Below are positions 36,786 to 46,492 of a stretch of DNA of 64,000 nt, one piece after another. Source of the stretch: Myxococcaceae bacterium (GTDB taxonomy: Bacteria > Myxococcota_A > Polyangia > Polyangiales > Ga0077539); NCBI GenBank assembly GCA_004297725.1, contig SCUS01000102.1:147901-211900 (forward strand), read 5' to 3'. The number at the start of each line of letters is the position of its first letter. The stretch's first letter is position 1. A model generated the notes under the pieces. The model worked only from the letters and a program-made list of their open reading frames with translations. It had not been told where the DNA came from and searched no databases. The translations under genes and the position numbers were made by a program.

Positions 36786-38936
36786 TCAGCGCGCCGCGGG
36801 GGCCTCTCCGAGGCGCCGCAGCGTGTCCCAGGCCATCGCGTACTCGTGATAGTGCAGCGTCTCGGTGGCGACGACCTCGCGGAGGTCCCTCGCGGCGCCG
36901 GCGGCGTCGCCGGTCGCGAGGGCGTCCATCGCGTCGTAGAAGAGCGCCTCGGCCCGCTGGCCGCGGGTGTGCGCCGCCGCGAGGAGCTGCTCGCGGGTGA
37001 TCTGTCCGACGGCGCGCTGCGCGAGCCGGGTGGTCCACGGGACGTGGGGATCGTCGGTGGTCGCGACGGCGGTGAGCGCGCTGGTGGCGCCCGCGTCGTC
37101 GGTCAGGTGAGCGAGCCGGGCGGCGGCCCTCGACCAGAGCGCGAAGTAGACCTGCCACGCGGGCTCGAGGGTGAGCTGGGCGCGGGCGCGGCGGGAGAGG
37201 TCGAGCGCGTCGGACCACCGGGCGTGGCCCAGGCAGAAGGCGACCGAGAGGCCGGCGATGCTGCGGTTGTCGGCGGAGGCGTCGAAGGCGGCGTCGAGGG
37301 CGGCGCGCACCTCGCCCTCGCGGCCGAGGGCCTGGAGCACGATGGCCCGCTCGTACTGGGCCTCGGCGAGCTCGCGCCCCTCGGCGAAGCGGGCGAGCGC
37401 GTCGAGCGCGCCGAGGGCCTCGACGAAGCGGGCGCGGGCCTCGTCGGGGCGGCCCGTGGAGGCGAGCACCTGCGCCCGGCGCACGGCGAAGCGCGGGCGA
37501 AACGACGAGTCGCTCTCGCTCGGCCGCAGCGGGAGCGCGAGGCCCGCGTCGAGGTGCCGCAGCGCCGTGGGGCCATCGTCGTGGCGCCACGCGACCTCCG
37601 AGAGCGTCAGGAAGGCCTCGCGCGAGGAGGGCGTCGCGCGGGTCGCGCGCTCGAGGTGGGCGGTCGCTTCGGGGAGGTTGCCGGCGGCCAGCTCGAGCTG
37701 CGCGGCGAGCTCCTCCACGTCGGACTCGACGATCGCCGGGGGGCGCTCGGGCGAGGCGGCGCGCCAACGGTCGAGCAGCGAGCGGGCGCGCTCTACGGCG
37801 CGGCGGCCGGGCGCGACGTCGTCGGCGCCGACCTCGGTCTGGAGCCAGCGGTGGGTCTCGACGAGGGCGTCGCGCAGCGAGTCGAGGTCGCTGGGGCGCA
37901 GCGCCGAGGCGGCGTCGAGGTGCGCGCTGGCGAGCCCCAGGTCGTGGTCGCGGTCGGCCGCCGCGGCGAGGCAGCGCGCGAAGCGGGGGTCGGCGGCGTA
38001 GCGCTGGCGGCCGACGCGGCACACGCCCGCGGCGGCAAGGTGGTCGATGGGAGCGACCTGGCGGGCGAGGTCGTTGAGGGCGTCGGCGCCGCCCTCGCTG
38101 CGAGCGATGCCGCGGATGGCGGTGGCGAGCCCGGAGCCCTCGGCCCCGGCGCCCAGCGAGGCCAGGCGGTCTCCCGCCTCGGTGAGCTCTCCCACCCGGA
38201 GGAAGACCATCGCGAGCTCGGCCGCCGAGCGCTGGAGCCCGGCGCGGAGCTGGCGGACCTCGTCGAAGGACAGCCGCGCGAGCTCGCTGCGGCCGCCTCT
38301 CGCCTCGACGGCGGCCTGGCGCCGGGCGATGAGGTGCGCCGCGGCCGAGTCGAGCACGTCGCGGGCAGGGATGATCGCCGCCACGTCGCGCTGGATCTCC
38401 GCGAGCTCGCCCTCGCGCACCCAGGGGCGCTGGAAGTCCTGGCGGTTGCGCGCGCCCCACTCGGTGATGCGATCCCAGGTCGGGCGGGCGTCCGCGGGGG
38501 GAGACTCCAGGGCCAGCAGGATGCGGGTCGCGCCGAGCGCGTTGCCCTCCTCGCCGCGCGTCGACGAGGTCTCGAGCAGCGCCCGGGCGGGCGCCTCGAA
38601 CTCCCGGGGGAGGCCGCCGCGGGCGAGCTCGTCGGGGGAGTACCGCACCAGCGCGGACTGCAGCCTCTGGATCGCCCCCGGCGTGTCGCCGGACTGCAGC
38701 GCCTCGTAGGCGCGCGCGGCGAGGAGCCGGGCGACCTGCGCCCGGAGGTCGCGGTAGGCGGCGTCGCCCGCGGGCTGCTCGTCGAGGAGGCGCCGCGCGT
38801 CGTCGAGCGTGGCCGCGGTGACGGCGGCGGGGACGCCGGTGGGCGGAAGCGTTCCGCGACGGGGGGCGCTCGCGCAGGCGCCGGAGAGCGACGCGGCGAG
38901 GCAGAGGCCGAGGGTGGTGCGGAGCGTTGCGCGCAT
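36786..38936 (-). CDS. Helical-repeat (TPR-like) lipoprotein
   Basis: 716-aa ORF with lipobox AASLSGAC. The Ala/Leu/Arg-rich helical-repeat character (AxxxYxxAL-type patterns) is TPR-like but was not verified by any search. Confidence 0.6.
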   Translation of the reverse strand: MRATLRTTLGLCLAASLSGACASAPRRGTLPPTGVPAAVTAATLDDARRLLDEQPAGDAAYRDLRAQVARLLAARAYEALQSGDTPGAIQRLQSALVRYSPDELARGGLPREFEAPARALLETSSTRGEEGNALGATRILLALESPPADARPTWDRITEWGARNRQDFQRPWVREGELAEIQRDVAAIIPARDVLDSAAAHLIARRQAAVEARGGRSELARLSFDEVRQLRAGLQRSAAELAMVFLRVGELTEAGDRLASLGAGAEGSGLATAIRGIARSEGGADALNDLARQVAPIDHLAAAGVCRVGRQRYAADPRFARCLAAAADRDHDLGLASAHLDAASALRPSDLDSLRDALVETHRWLQTEVGADDVAPGRRAVERARSLLDRWRAASPERPPAIVESDVEELAAQLELAAGNLPEATAHLERATRATPSSREAFLTLSEVAWRHDDGPTALRHLDAGLALPLRPSESDSSFRPRFAVRRAQVLASTGRPDEARARFVEALGALDALARFAEGRELAEAQYERAIVLQALGREGEVRAALDAAFDASADNRSIAGLSVAFCLGHARWSDALDLSRRARAQLTLEPAWQVYFALWSRAAARLAHLTDDAGATSALTAVATTDDPHVPWTTRLAQRAVGQITREQLLAAAHTRGQRAEALFYDAMDALATGDAAGAARDLREVVATETLHYHEYAMAWDTLRRLGEAPAAR

Positions 38937-39040
38937 GGAGGTCCGTCACAGTAGCGTCGCGGGTCGCACCGTCGCAACCGCCACTTCCGCGCTGGCGTTT
39001 GGCGTGGAGCGCTCGGCCGGTGCGGTGCGATGTTCGGCCC

Positions 39041-41008
39041 GTGAGCCACCCGAGCAGCACCGCGCCGACCCGATGGTCGGTGGCCGCCGCGGCCGCGCTC
39101 GCCCTCGGCGCGACGCCGACGGGCGCCCGCGCGGACGACGAGGTCGACGAGGCGGTGATCCGCGCGCCCAGGACGGCTCCGGCGGAGACCCTCATCGGGC
39201 ACGCGGAGATCGAGCGCACGGGGGCGGTGACGCTCGCCGACGCGCTCCGCCCGCAGGCCGACGTGGACACCCTCGGCGGCGGCAGCCCGGGCGCGGTGGG
39301 GCGGCTGACCCTGCGGGGATCGACGCCGGAGGAGGTGCTCCTCATGGTCGACGGGCTGCGGCTCTCGTCGCGATCGAGCGCGGCGACGGTGGGCGGCGCC
39401 GATCCCAACATGATCCCCACGGCGATGGTGCAGCGGCTCTCGGTGCTGCGCGGCCCGTCGTCGGCGCTCTTCGGTCCCAACGCGGTCGCCGGGGCGATCG
39501 AGGTCACCACCCGCGCCCCGACGGTGCCGCTCGCCTGGACCGGCAACCTCCAGCTCGGCGCGCTCGCTCCGCCCCTCGACGCCTCATCGCTCCCGAGGGT
39601 CGACGACGATGACGGCAGCGGCGCCGGGTGGTTTCTCGGCGGCCGCGGCCAGCTCACGGCGGCGACGCGGCAGGGCCCTCGCTTCGCGGTGCTGGGCCTG
39701 AGCGGCTCGTGGAACCGCGGCTGGATCCCCAACACCAGCTCGCACTTCTTCGACGCCACGCTGAAGGTCGGTCGGGTGCTCCCTGGCGGCGGGCTCACCC
39801 ACGCGTGGGTCAGCACCTTCGACGCCGCCACGGGCGCCCCGGCGTGGGGCAGCCTGCTCGACGCCGACATGTTCGACTTCGACGACCGGCAGGCCCGCCG
39901 CGGGGTGATGGGCGCGGCGATGGCGCGGGTGGCGCTCTCTCCCCGCGACACGCTGGAGGCCACGGTGGGCTCCCGGGTGCAGCGCACGCAGCTCTTCAAC
40001 CCCGTGGGCGCCGACCTCGACGCCGGGGCCGAGCGCGCGGAGGACGAGCACCTCGCCAGGGAGCTCCAGGCCCGGGTGCGCTGGCAGCGCGCGCTGGGCG
40101 GTGTCCCGGGCGCCCTCTCGGTCTCCGCCGAAGGGGGCCACGACCTGCTGGCGACCCGCTCGCTCGCTCGCTCCGCGGCCCGGGGCGCGCTCTCCGTGCG
40201 CGACCGGCTCGACCTCGGCCGGGGCGCGGTGCTCGATCTCGCGCTGCGCGCCGACCTCGACGGGCAGTACGGCGCGCAGGTGTCGCCGCGCGTGGCGGCG
40301 GAGTGGTCGATGGGCCCGTCGCTGAGGGCCTTCGCGGCGGTGGGCCGGGGGTATCGTCCGCCGAGCTTCGCGGAGCTGGCGTGGCCGACCATCGCGTACG
40401 CGACGTCGGTCGGCGCGGCGCGAGGAGAGCGCGGCAACGACGCCCTCTCGGTGGAGACGGCCTGGGGCGGCGACCTGGCGCTGCTCGGCGGCGAGCCGGG
40501 GGGGCGATGGACCTTCGCCGCGCGGGCCTTCGCGCTGCGCACCGAGGGGCTCATCCGCTGGGCGATCGACGGCGACGGCTTCTGGCGGCCCACCAACGAG
40601 GCCCTCGCGTGGCGCGCGGGAGCCACCGCCGAGGGGAGCTGGAGGCTGCACCCCCGGTGGACCGTGCAGGCCTCGGCCACCTGGCAGACGACCGTCGACC
40701 AGAGCGGCGAGGCGCTCGCGGGGAGGCTGCGGTCGAGGGCGAGCGCGAGGGTGATCCACTACGCGGCGGTGGGCTGGAGGGCGTGGGCCGAGGCGCTCTG
40801 GTTCGACCGCAACGGCGCCGACTCCGCCGGGCGCGCGTGGCAGGGCGTCTTCGTCAACGCGAGGGTCGGACGGCAGTTCGCTTCGGGGGTCGGGGTGTTC
40901 GCGATGGCGGAGAACCTGCTGGACCTCCGCTTCGAGACGGTGCGCGGCGTGCTCACGCCGGGGCGCACCGTGTGGATCGGCTTCGCCCTCGACGTCGACG
41001 AGGACTGA
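39041..41008 (+). CDS. TonB-dependent receptor
   Basis: GTG 39041 (or GTG 39020) gives the signal peptide ...RWSVAAAAALALGATPTGARA/DD. Plug-domain motifs TLADALR, LTLRGSTPEEVLLMVDGLRL and VLRGPSSALFGPNAVAGAIEV, followed by a beta-barrel-like C-terminal region. Confidence 0.8.
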   Translation: MSHPSSTAPTRWSVAAAAALALGATPTGARADDEVDEAVIRAPRTAPAETLIGHAEIERTGAVTLADALRPQADVDTLGGGSPGAVGRLTLRGSTPEEVLLMVDGLRLSSRSSAATVGGADPNMIPTAMVQRLSVLRGPSSALFGPNAVAGAIEVTTRAPTVPLAWTGNLQLGALAPPLDASSLPRVDDDDGSGAGWFLGGRGQLTAATRQGPRFAVLGLSGSWNRGWIPNTSSHFFDATLKVGRVLPGGGLTHAWVSTFDAATGAPAWGSLLDADMFDFDDRQARRGVMGAAMARVALSPRDTLEATVGSRVQRTQLFNPVGADLDAGAERAEDEHLARELQARVRWQRALGGVPGALSVSAEGGHDLLATRSLARSAARGALSVRDRLDLGRGAVLDLALRADLDGQYGAQVSPRVAAEWSMGPSLRAFAAVGRGYRPPSFAELAWPTIAYATSVGAARGERGNDALSVETAWGGDLALLGGEPGGRWTFAARAFALRTEGLIRWAIDGDGFWRPTNEALAWRAGATAEGSWRLHPRWTVQASATWQTTVDQSGEALAGRLRSRASARVIHYAAVGWRAWAEALWFDRNGADSAGRAWQGVFVNARVGRQFASGVGVFAMAENLLDLRFETVRGVLTPGRTVWIGFALDVDED

Positions 41009-41015
41009 TCGAGCG

Positions 41016-41534
41016 CTACTGGATCGCGTGCGTGGAGCGCAGGTAGCTCACGAGGAGCGTGAGGTCGGCGTCGGAGAGGCGCGTCGTGGGGATCGCCCTC
41101 ATGCGACGGTTGCCGTTGCGGATGAGGGTGCGCATCCGGGCCTCGGCCCAGCGCTTGTTGGGCGTGGGGCCCTCGTCCTCGCCGTCCTCGTGGCAGCGAG
41201 CGCACACCCGCTGGTACACCGCGCGCCCCTGCGCCACGGGGTTGCCCGCCGGGGCCGTGGTGGTCGCGGTGGTGGTCGCGGTGGTGGTGGTCGCCGTTGC
41301 GGTGGTGGTCGCGGGCGCGGCGGTGTCGACCGGGGTGGCGGACTCGACGGTGCCGGCATCGGCGGCCTCGGGGGTCGCGGTCGTCGGCGCGCCGGCGTCG
41401 GAGACCTCCACGGAGGTGGTGGTCGGGGGCGCCGTCGTGGTGACGGCGGGAGGAGCGGTCTGCACCGCGGGCGCCGGGGTCGAGGCGCAGGCCGCGAGCG
41501 AGAGGATCAAGGCCGTGGAGAGGAGTCGTCGCAT
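41016..41534 (-). CDS. c-type cytochrome lipoprotein
   Basis: Lipobox LILSLAAC, a Thr/Ala/Pro-rich linker, and the haem-binding motif CARCH in GRAVYQRVCARCHEDG. Confidence 0.75.
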   Translation of the reverse strand: MRRLLSTALILSLAACASTPAPAVQTAPPAVTTTAPPTTTSVEVSDAGAPTTATPEAADAGTVESATPVDTAAPATTTATATTTTATTTATTTAPAGNPVAQGRAVYQRVCARCHEDGEDEGPTPNKRWAEARMRTLIRNGNRRMRAIPTTRLSDADLTLLVSYLRSTHAIQ

Positions 41535-41586
41535 GGCGCCGGACCTTACTTCGGCACCCTCCGGGGGAGGAAGCCTCGGATTTCGC

Positions 41587-42816
41587 TCAGCCGCCGCCGA
41601 CCACGGCGCGCGCTCGCACGCAGCGCATCCCGAGGATCGCGCTACGCGTCGCGGGCATGTACGCGTCGTCGCGGCTGGCGGCGCGCAGCAGGGTGACCGA
41701 GTCGGAGATCCAGCTCCCTCCCCGGATGGCGGGGTAGCCGCTCGCGCCTCGAGGGCAGTACGGATCGCTCTGCGTCCTTCCTCCCCAGCAGCCCGGGTCG
41801 CTGTAGGGGGAGAAGGCGTCCGCGGTCCACTCCCAGACGTTGCCCGCGAGGTCGAAGAAGCCTGCGGTGTTGGCGAAGCGCCCGACGCGGCGGGTGCCTC
41901 CGCCGTCGTCGCCGGGGCAGCGGCTCCACTGCGCTCGGTCGCAGCTCGCCGAAGGGGTGGCCTCGCCCCAGGGGTATCCCCGGCCGGGGTTGAGGCCCGC
42001 GGCGAGGGTGTAGCGCGCGGCGAACTCCCACTCCGCCTCGGTGGGAAGGCGCCCGCCGTCCCACACGCAGAAGGCCTGCGCGGTCGGGTGATCGACGCAG
42101 TTGATGGGGTGGTAGTCGCGGCCCGGTGCGCTCCAGTTGCAGGCCCCCGCGACGCCTGGCTCGACCACGGCGCCGGTCCATGCGACGAGCGCCCCGGGGT
42201 AGGCGAGGCGCGACGGAGGCGCCGGGTGACCCGCCTCCCAGAAGCGACGGAAGCGCGCCACGGTGACCTCCGAGGCGTCCATGGCGAAGGCGCTCACGGT
42301 GATCATCCGCTGCACTGGCGCCGCGCGGAAGGCCCCGGTGTCGCCCATGGAGAGCGGGCCCCCGAGGAGGTTGACGATGCCGCAGCCGGTCTCCGAGGCG
42401 GAGGGACAGCTTCGCTGCGAGGGGGCGACGCAGGCGCCCCGGCCGTCGCAGGTTCCGCCGGGGCAGCGGGTGCCGAAGGGCGCGTCGTCGTTGGCGACGC
42501 AGCGGGCGACCGGGCCGGTGCAGCGGTTGATGCCGAGGCGGCACACGACGCCCGGGTCGCAGGCCGTGCCCTCGGGGCAGGGCGGCCCGAGGTCGACCGG
42601 GACGTCCACGACGACGGGGCCGCTGTCGAAGCCCACGTCGAAGCCTGCGTCGCGCTCGGGCTGCGGGAGGTCCGCCGGGACGTCGACTGCGCTCGCGTCG
42701 GCGCGGTCGCTGGGGCCGACGTCGTAGGAGATGAGCACCACCCGCGCGCCACAACCGAGGGAGCCGAGCGCGGCGCAGAGGCCGAGCAGACGAAGGGAAG
42801 CGGGAGCAGCGGCCAC
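41587..42816 (-). CDS. Formylglycine-generating-enzyme (FGE/SUMF1) domain lipoprotein with Cys-rich N-terminal module
   Basis: Lipobox LGSLGC. Cys-rich segment (CPEGTACDPGVVCRLGINRCTG...). FGE-domain hallmarks: VTVARFRRFW, RLPTEAEWEFAAR, GNVWEWTAD and IRGGSW. Confidence 0.8.
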   Translation of the reverse strand: MAAAPASLRLLGLCAALGSLGCGARVVLISYDVGPSDRADASAVDVPADLPQPERDAGFDVGFDSGPVVVDVPVDLGPPCPEGTACDPGVVCRLGINRCTGPVARCVANDDAPFGTRCPGGTCDGRGACVAPSQRSCPSASETGCGIVNLLGGPLSMGDTGAFRAAPVQRMITVSAFAMDASEVTVARFRRFWEAGHPAPPSRLAYPGALVAWTGAVVEPGVAGACNWSAPGRDYHPINCVDHPTAQAFCVWDGGRLPTEAEWEFAARYTLAAGLNPGRGYPWGEATPSASCDRAQWSRCPGDDGGGTRRVGRFANTAGFFDLAGNVWEWTADAFSPYSDPGCWGGRTQSDPYCPRGASGYPAIRGGSWISDSVTLLRAASRDDAYMPATRSAILGMRCVRARAVVGGG

Positions 42817-42865
42817 GGCGAGACCCTATACCCCATCGCCCTCGATGGGGGACCGGGAGTGAGCG

Positions 42866-45409
42866 TCAGGAGCTGCGGGCGCGCAGCGCGGGGCGGGCGA
42901 AGGAGGCGATGGCTCCGCCGAAGGTTCCGCTGCAGCGGTCGTCGGGCACCGTGAGGATGATCGAAGGAGCGACCGGAGCGGCGAAGGTGGCGCGCCCCGG
43001 GAAGACGAAGACCTCGCCGCTGCAGAAGGTGTCGCCGTCGTCGGGGGCTCCGACCGCGATGTCGTCGAAGCCGTCGCGGTTGAGGTCGCCGACGAAGCCG
43101 AGGCCCTGGCTGAAGCGCCCGTAGCCCTCCATCCCCGTGGGGGCGGCCGGCGCCGAGAGCACCGGACCGGGCAGCATCCGACCCGATCCGCTGCCCAGGA
43201 ACACCCGCGCGGAGTGAAAGCCGTTGCCCGCGATGAGGTCGGCGAAGCCGTCGCCGTTGACGTCGCCGAGGGCCGCCACGGGGCCGCCGAGGTTCTCTCC
43301 GTCGGTGATCGTCGCCGCCGTCGTGGCGAGGCCGTCGGTGGCGCCCATGAAGACCTGTAGCCCGGGCGCTCCGGTGGCGCCCTGCGAGACGACGGCCAGG
43401 TCGGGGAGCCCGTCGCCGTTGACGTCGCCGGCGGCCGTGACGGCGCTGCCCGGCTCGCCCAGCGCGATGGTCTGCGTCGGGGTCGTCGCGATGCCCGTGG
43501 CCGAGCCGCGGTAGACCACCAGCGAGGAGCCTCCCTTGCTGCGCATCAGCACCACCAGCGAGTCGAAGGCGGCGCCCGGAGCGAGGCGACCGAGCACCAC
43601 GAGCCGATCGCCGAAGTCGCTGAAGGGATCGGGCGTGGTGATGGTCACCGGGGTCGCGGCGAGGCCCGAGGCGCTCCCCAGGAAGACGTCCACGCCGGGG
43701 CGGCAGCCCTTGAAGCAGCTGAAGCCGACGGCGAGGTCGGAGTAGCCGTCGTGGTTGAAGTCGCCGCTGGCGATGCCGGTGCCGTAGCTGCCGATGACCA
43801 CGCGGGTGCGCACGAGCCCCGTCGTGCCGAGCCCCGTCGCGCTGCCCGAGAACACATGGACCTGCTGGGCCATCGGGGCCGTGGCCACGAGGTCGGCGAA
43901 GCCGTCGCCGTTGAAGTCGCCCGCGGCGAGGTTGCGGCCGAGGGAGCTCATCGGGAGGGAGAGGGTGAGCGTCGTCGCGGGGCGCGCGGCCGGACCCGTG
44001 GCGCTGCCCGGGTAGAGCATCACCCGCTCGGTGCCGGGCTCGGACACGGCCAGGTCGGCGAAGCCGTCGCCGTTGACGTCGAGCACGGCGCCCGAGGCCG
44101 CGTCGCCGGTGATCGCCCTCGCGGGGACCCGCACCTCCCAGGTCAGCGCCGAGGGAGCGAGGCCCGCGTTGGCGCCCACCCGCCCGTAGGAGCGCCAGAA
44201 ATAGAGCCCGGGGGCGAGCGCTCCGCTGCGGGTGATGCGGGCGCCCGCGCCGACGAAGCGCTCGACCACCATGGTGCACGCCCGGTCTCGGCAGAGCTCG
44301 ATGACCGCGCCGTCGGTGCCCGGCGCGAGGGCCACCTCGAAGACCACGTCGCGGTTGCCGTGGAGCGTGGAGAGCGACGCGGGCGCGACGAGCCTCGGCG
44401 CCGCGATGGGGCTGCACCCCGAGGCGCTTCGAGAGAAGCCGGCGTTGCAGACGATGTCGCAGGCCGACGCGACGCAGCTCGGCGAGGCGTTGGGGGCCGA
44501 CGGGCACGCGTTGCCGCAGCGGCCGCAGTCGGTGGCGCTGCTGCGGGTGTCGACGCACGACTCGCCGCAGAGCGTGGTGCCCCCGGTGCAGCTCGGGGCG
44601 CAGGCGCCTGCGGTGCAGAGCATGCTGGCGGTGCACGCGTTGCCGCAGCGGCCGCAGTGGGTGGTCGAGTCGATGCGCGCCTCGCAGCCGTTGGCGGCGA
44701 CGCCGTCGCAGTCGTCGAAGGCGGCGTTGCAGCGCGCTCGCCCGCAGACCCCGGCGGCGCACTGCGCCTGCCCGTTGATCACCGAGCACGCCCGACCGCA
44801 CGCGCCGCAGTGGGAGGCGTCGACGGCGAGCTCGACCTCGCAGCCGTTGGAGGCCACGCCGTCGCAGTCGGCGTAGCCCTGCTGGCAGCGGGTGCCGCAG
44901 CCGGTCGCGGCGCAGGTGGCGTCGGCGTGCGGTGCGCCCGCGCAGGCGTTGCCGCAGCGCCCGCAGTGGGCGACGGAGTCGGTGCGCGCCTCGCAGCCGT
45001 TGGAGGAGGCGCCGTCGCAGTCGGCGGTGCCCGCGGCGCAGGAGAGGGCGCAGGCGTTGGCCACGCAGCGGAAAAAGGGGTTGATGACCTGGCAGTCGTA
45101 GTCCTGCTGGCACTGGGCGCGGCAGACGCCGTCGAGGCAGGAGAGCCCGGCGGGGCAGTCGCTGGTGCGGTTGCACTGCGCCGCCACGGCGATGGCGTGG
45201 CAGGTGAGCACGCCGAAGCGGTCGCTCTCGCTGCAGCGCTGCCCCGCCGCGCAGTCGCGGTCGGTGACGCAGCCCGTGCGGCAGTAGTTGCCGGCGCAGA
45301 CGGCGCCCTCGTCGCAGTCGGAGTCGAAGCGGCACTGACCCGCGGGGGGCTCGACGTCCGTGCATCCGAGCGCGACCGAGAGCAGCAGGACGATGGAGCG
45401 CAGTTGCAT
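42866..45409 (-). CDS. Cys-rich module plus FG-GAP repeat lipoprotein (848 aa)
   Basis: Internal ATG 45409 of track ORF 42866-46672 gives MQLRSIVLLLSVALGC (lipobox). N-terminal DCDGxxxNGCExxxDxxHCGxCGxxC modules. C-terminal FG-GAP loops: DVNGDGFADL, DFNGDGFADLV, DFNHDGYSDLAV, DVNGDGLPDLAV, DLNRDGFDDIAVGAP. Confidence 0.8.
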   Translation of the reverse strand: MQLRSIVLLLSVALGCTDVEPPAGQCRFDSDCDEGAVCAGNYCRTGCVTDRDCAAGQRCSESDRFGVLTCHAIAVAAQCNRTSDCPAGLSCLDGVCRAQCQQDYDCQVINPFFRCVANACALSCAAGTADCDGASSNGCEARTDSVAHCGRCGNACAGAPHADATCAATGCGTRCQQGYADCDGVASNGCEVELAVDASHCGACGRACSVINGQAQCAAGVCGRARCNAAFDDCDGVAANGCEARIDSTTHCGRCGNACTASMLCTAGACAPSCTGGTTLCGESCVDTRSSATDCGRCGNACPSAPNASPSCVASACDIVCNAGFSRSASGCSPIAAPRLVAPASLSTLHGNRDVVFEVALAPGTDGAVIELCRDRACTMVVERFVGAGARITRSGALAPGLYFWRSYGRVGANAGLAPSALTWEVRVPARAITGDAASGAVLDVNGDGFADLAVSEPGTERVMLYPGSATGPAARPATTLTLSLPMSSLGRNLAAGDFNGDGFADLVATAPMAQQVHVFSGSATGLGTTGLVRTRVVIGSYGTGIASGDFNHDGYSDLAVGFSCFKGCRPGVDVFLGSASGLAATPVTITTPDPFSDFGDRLVVLGRLAPGAAFDSLVVLMRSKGGSSLVVYRGSATGIATTPTQTIALGEPGSAVTAAGDVNGDGLPDLAVVSQGATGAPGLQVFMGATDGLATTAATITDGENLGGPVAALGDVNGDGFADLIAGNGFHSARVFLGSGSGRMLPGPVLSAPAAPTGMEGYGRFSQGLGFVGDLNRDGFDDIAVGAPDDGDTFCSGEVFVFPGRATFAAPVAPSIILTVPDDRCSGTFGGAIASFARPALRARSS

Positions 45410-45469
45410 GGCCGCGACGATACAACCGGGAGGGTGCATCGCGCGCGGTGCTGTTCTACCGTCGCGCGC

Positions 45470-46462
45470 ATGAAGCCACGCCTCCGCGCCCTCTCGGGCA
45501 TCAAGCCCACGGGGACCCCCCATCTTGGCAACTACTTCGGCATGGTGCAGCCCGCCATCGCGCTGCAGGAAACCCACGACGCGTACTACTTCGTGGCCGA
45601 CTACCACGCGCTCACCACGAGCCGTGACCCGGCGCAGCTGCGGCGCACCAGCCTGGAGCTCACCGCGACCTTCCTCGCGCTGGGGCTCGACCCGAAGCGC
45701 GCGGTGTTCTTCCGGCAGAGCGACGTGCCCGAGGTGGTCGAGCTTGCGTGGCACCTGTCGTGTGTCACGGGCGTCGGGCTGCTGATGCGCGCCCACGCGT
45801 ACAAGGCCGCGCTCGACAAGGGCGAGGCGGGCACCCTCTCCAGCGGAACCTTCTTCTACCCGGTGCTCATGGCCGCGGACATCCTGCTCTACGACAGCGA
45901 CGTGGTTCCGGTCGGGCGCGACCAGGTGCAGCACATCGAGATGGCGCAGGACATGGCCGGGCACGTCAACGCGATCTACGGCGACTGCCTCCGACGCCCG
46001 GAGCCGCTGGTGGAGGCGGAGGTGCCGACCATCCCCGGGCTCGACGGGCAGAAGATGTCCAAGAGCTACCAGAACACCATCGAGGTCTTTCTCCCGGAGA
46101 AGGCGCTGCGCAAGCTGGTGAGGACCATCAAGACCGACACCCTCGGGCTCGACGACCCGAAGGACCCGACCACGGACAACGTCTTCGCCCTCTACAAGCT
46201 CGTGGCCTCCGCCGAGGAGGTCGAGGACATGGCCGCCCGCTACCGCGCCGGAGGCTTCGGCTACGGGCACGCCAAGGACCGCCTCGCCGACGCCCTCAAC
46301 GCCCACCTCGCCGCGCCTCGGGAGCGCTACCTCGAGCTGCTCAAGGACCCCTCCACCCTGGAGGACGTCCTCCAGGACGGAGCCCGCCGCGCCCGCTCCG
46401 TCGCCCGCGACACGCTCGAGCGGGTGCGTGAGCGGGTGGGTCTCCCCAGGCTGCCTCGCTGA
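45470..46462 (+). CDS. trpS: Tryptophan--tRNA ligase
   Basis: ATG 45470. SGIKPTGTPHLGNYFG (HIGH-type motif), KMSKSY, and a length of ~330 aa typical of TrpRS. Confidence 0.9.
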   Translation: MKPRLRALSGIKPTGTPHLGNYFGMVQPAIALQETHDAYYFVADYHALTTSRDPAQLRRTSLELTATFLALGLDPKRAVFFRQSDVPEVVELAWHLSCVTGVGLLMRAHAYKAALDKGEAGTLSSGTFFYPVLMAADILLYDSDVVPVGRDQVQHIEMAQDMAGHVNAIYGDCLRRPEPLVEAEVPTIPGLDGQKMSKSYQNTIEVFLPEKALRKLVRTIKTDTLGLDDPKDPTTDNVFALYKLVASAEEVEDMAARYRAGGFGYGHAKDRLADALNAHLAAPRERYLELLKDPSTLEDVLQDGARRARSVARDTLERVRERVGLPRLPR

Positions 46463-46492
46463 ACGCCGCGCCAGGAAGGCCGTAGACACCCG

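Noticed and set aside
38937-39040. Cobalamin or other riboswitch upstream of the TonB-dependent receptor
   Set aside because: The leader is only ~100 nt and is shared with a divergent gene start. I could not identify a B12-box or any other conserved riboswitch core.
36757-40680. 1307-aa minus-strand ORF, plus similar giants (1315-2976, 17705-20572, 42303-45425, 55729-58722, 55908-59090)
   Set aside because: All have R/P/A/G-rich nonsense composition and overlap genes with recognisable domains in another frame or strand (TonB-dependent receptor, histidine kinase, glycosyltransferases, FG-GAP protein, Gsp proteins). They are high-GC artefacts.
41587-42816. FGE/C-type-lectin-fold protein as a diversity-generating retroelement target
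   Set aside because: No reverse transcriptase, no template repeat and no adenine-specific variable/template pair is detectable in the window.
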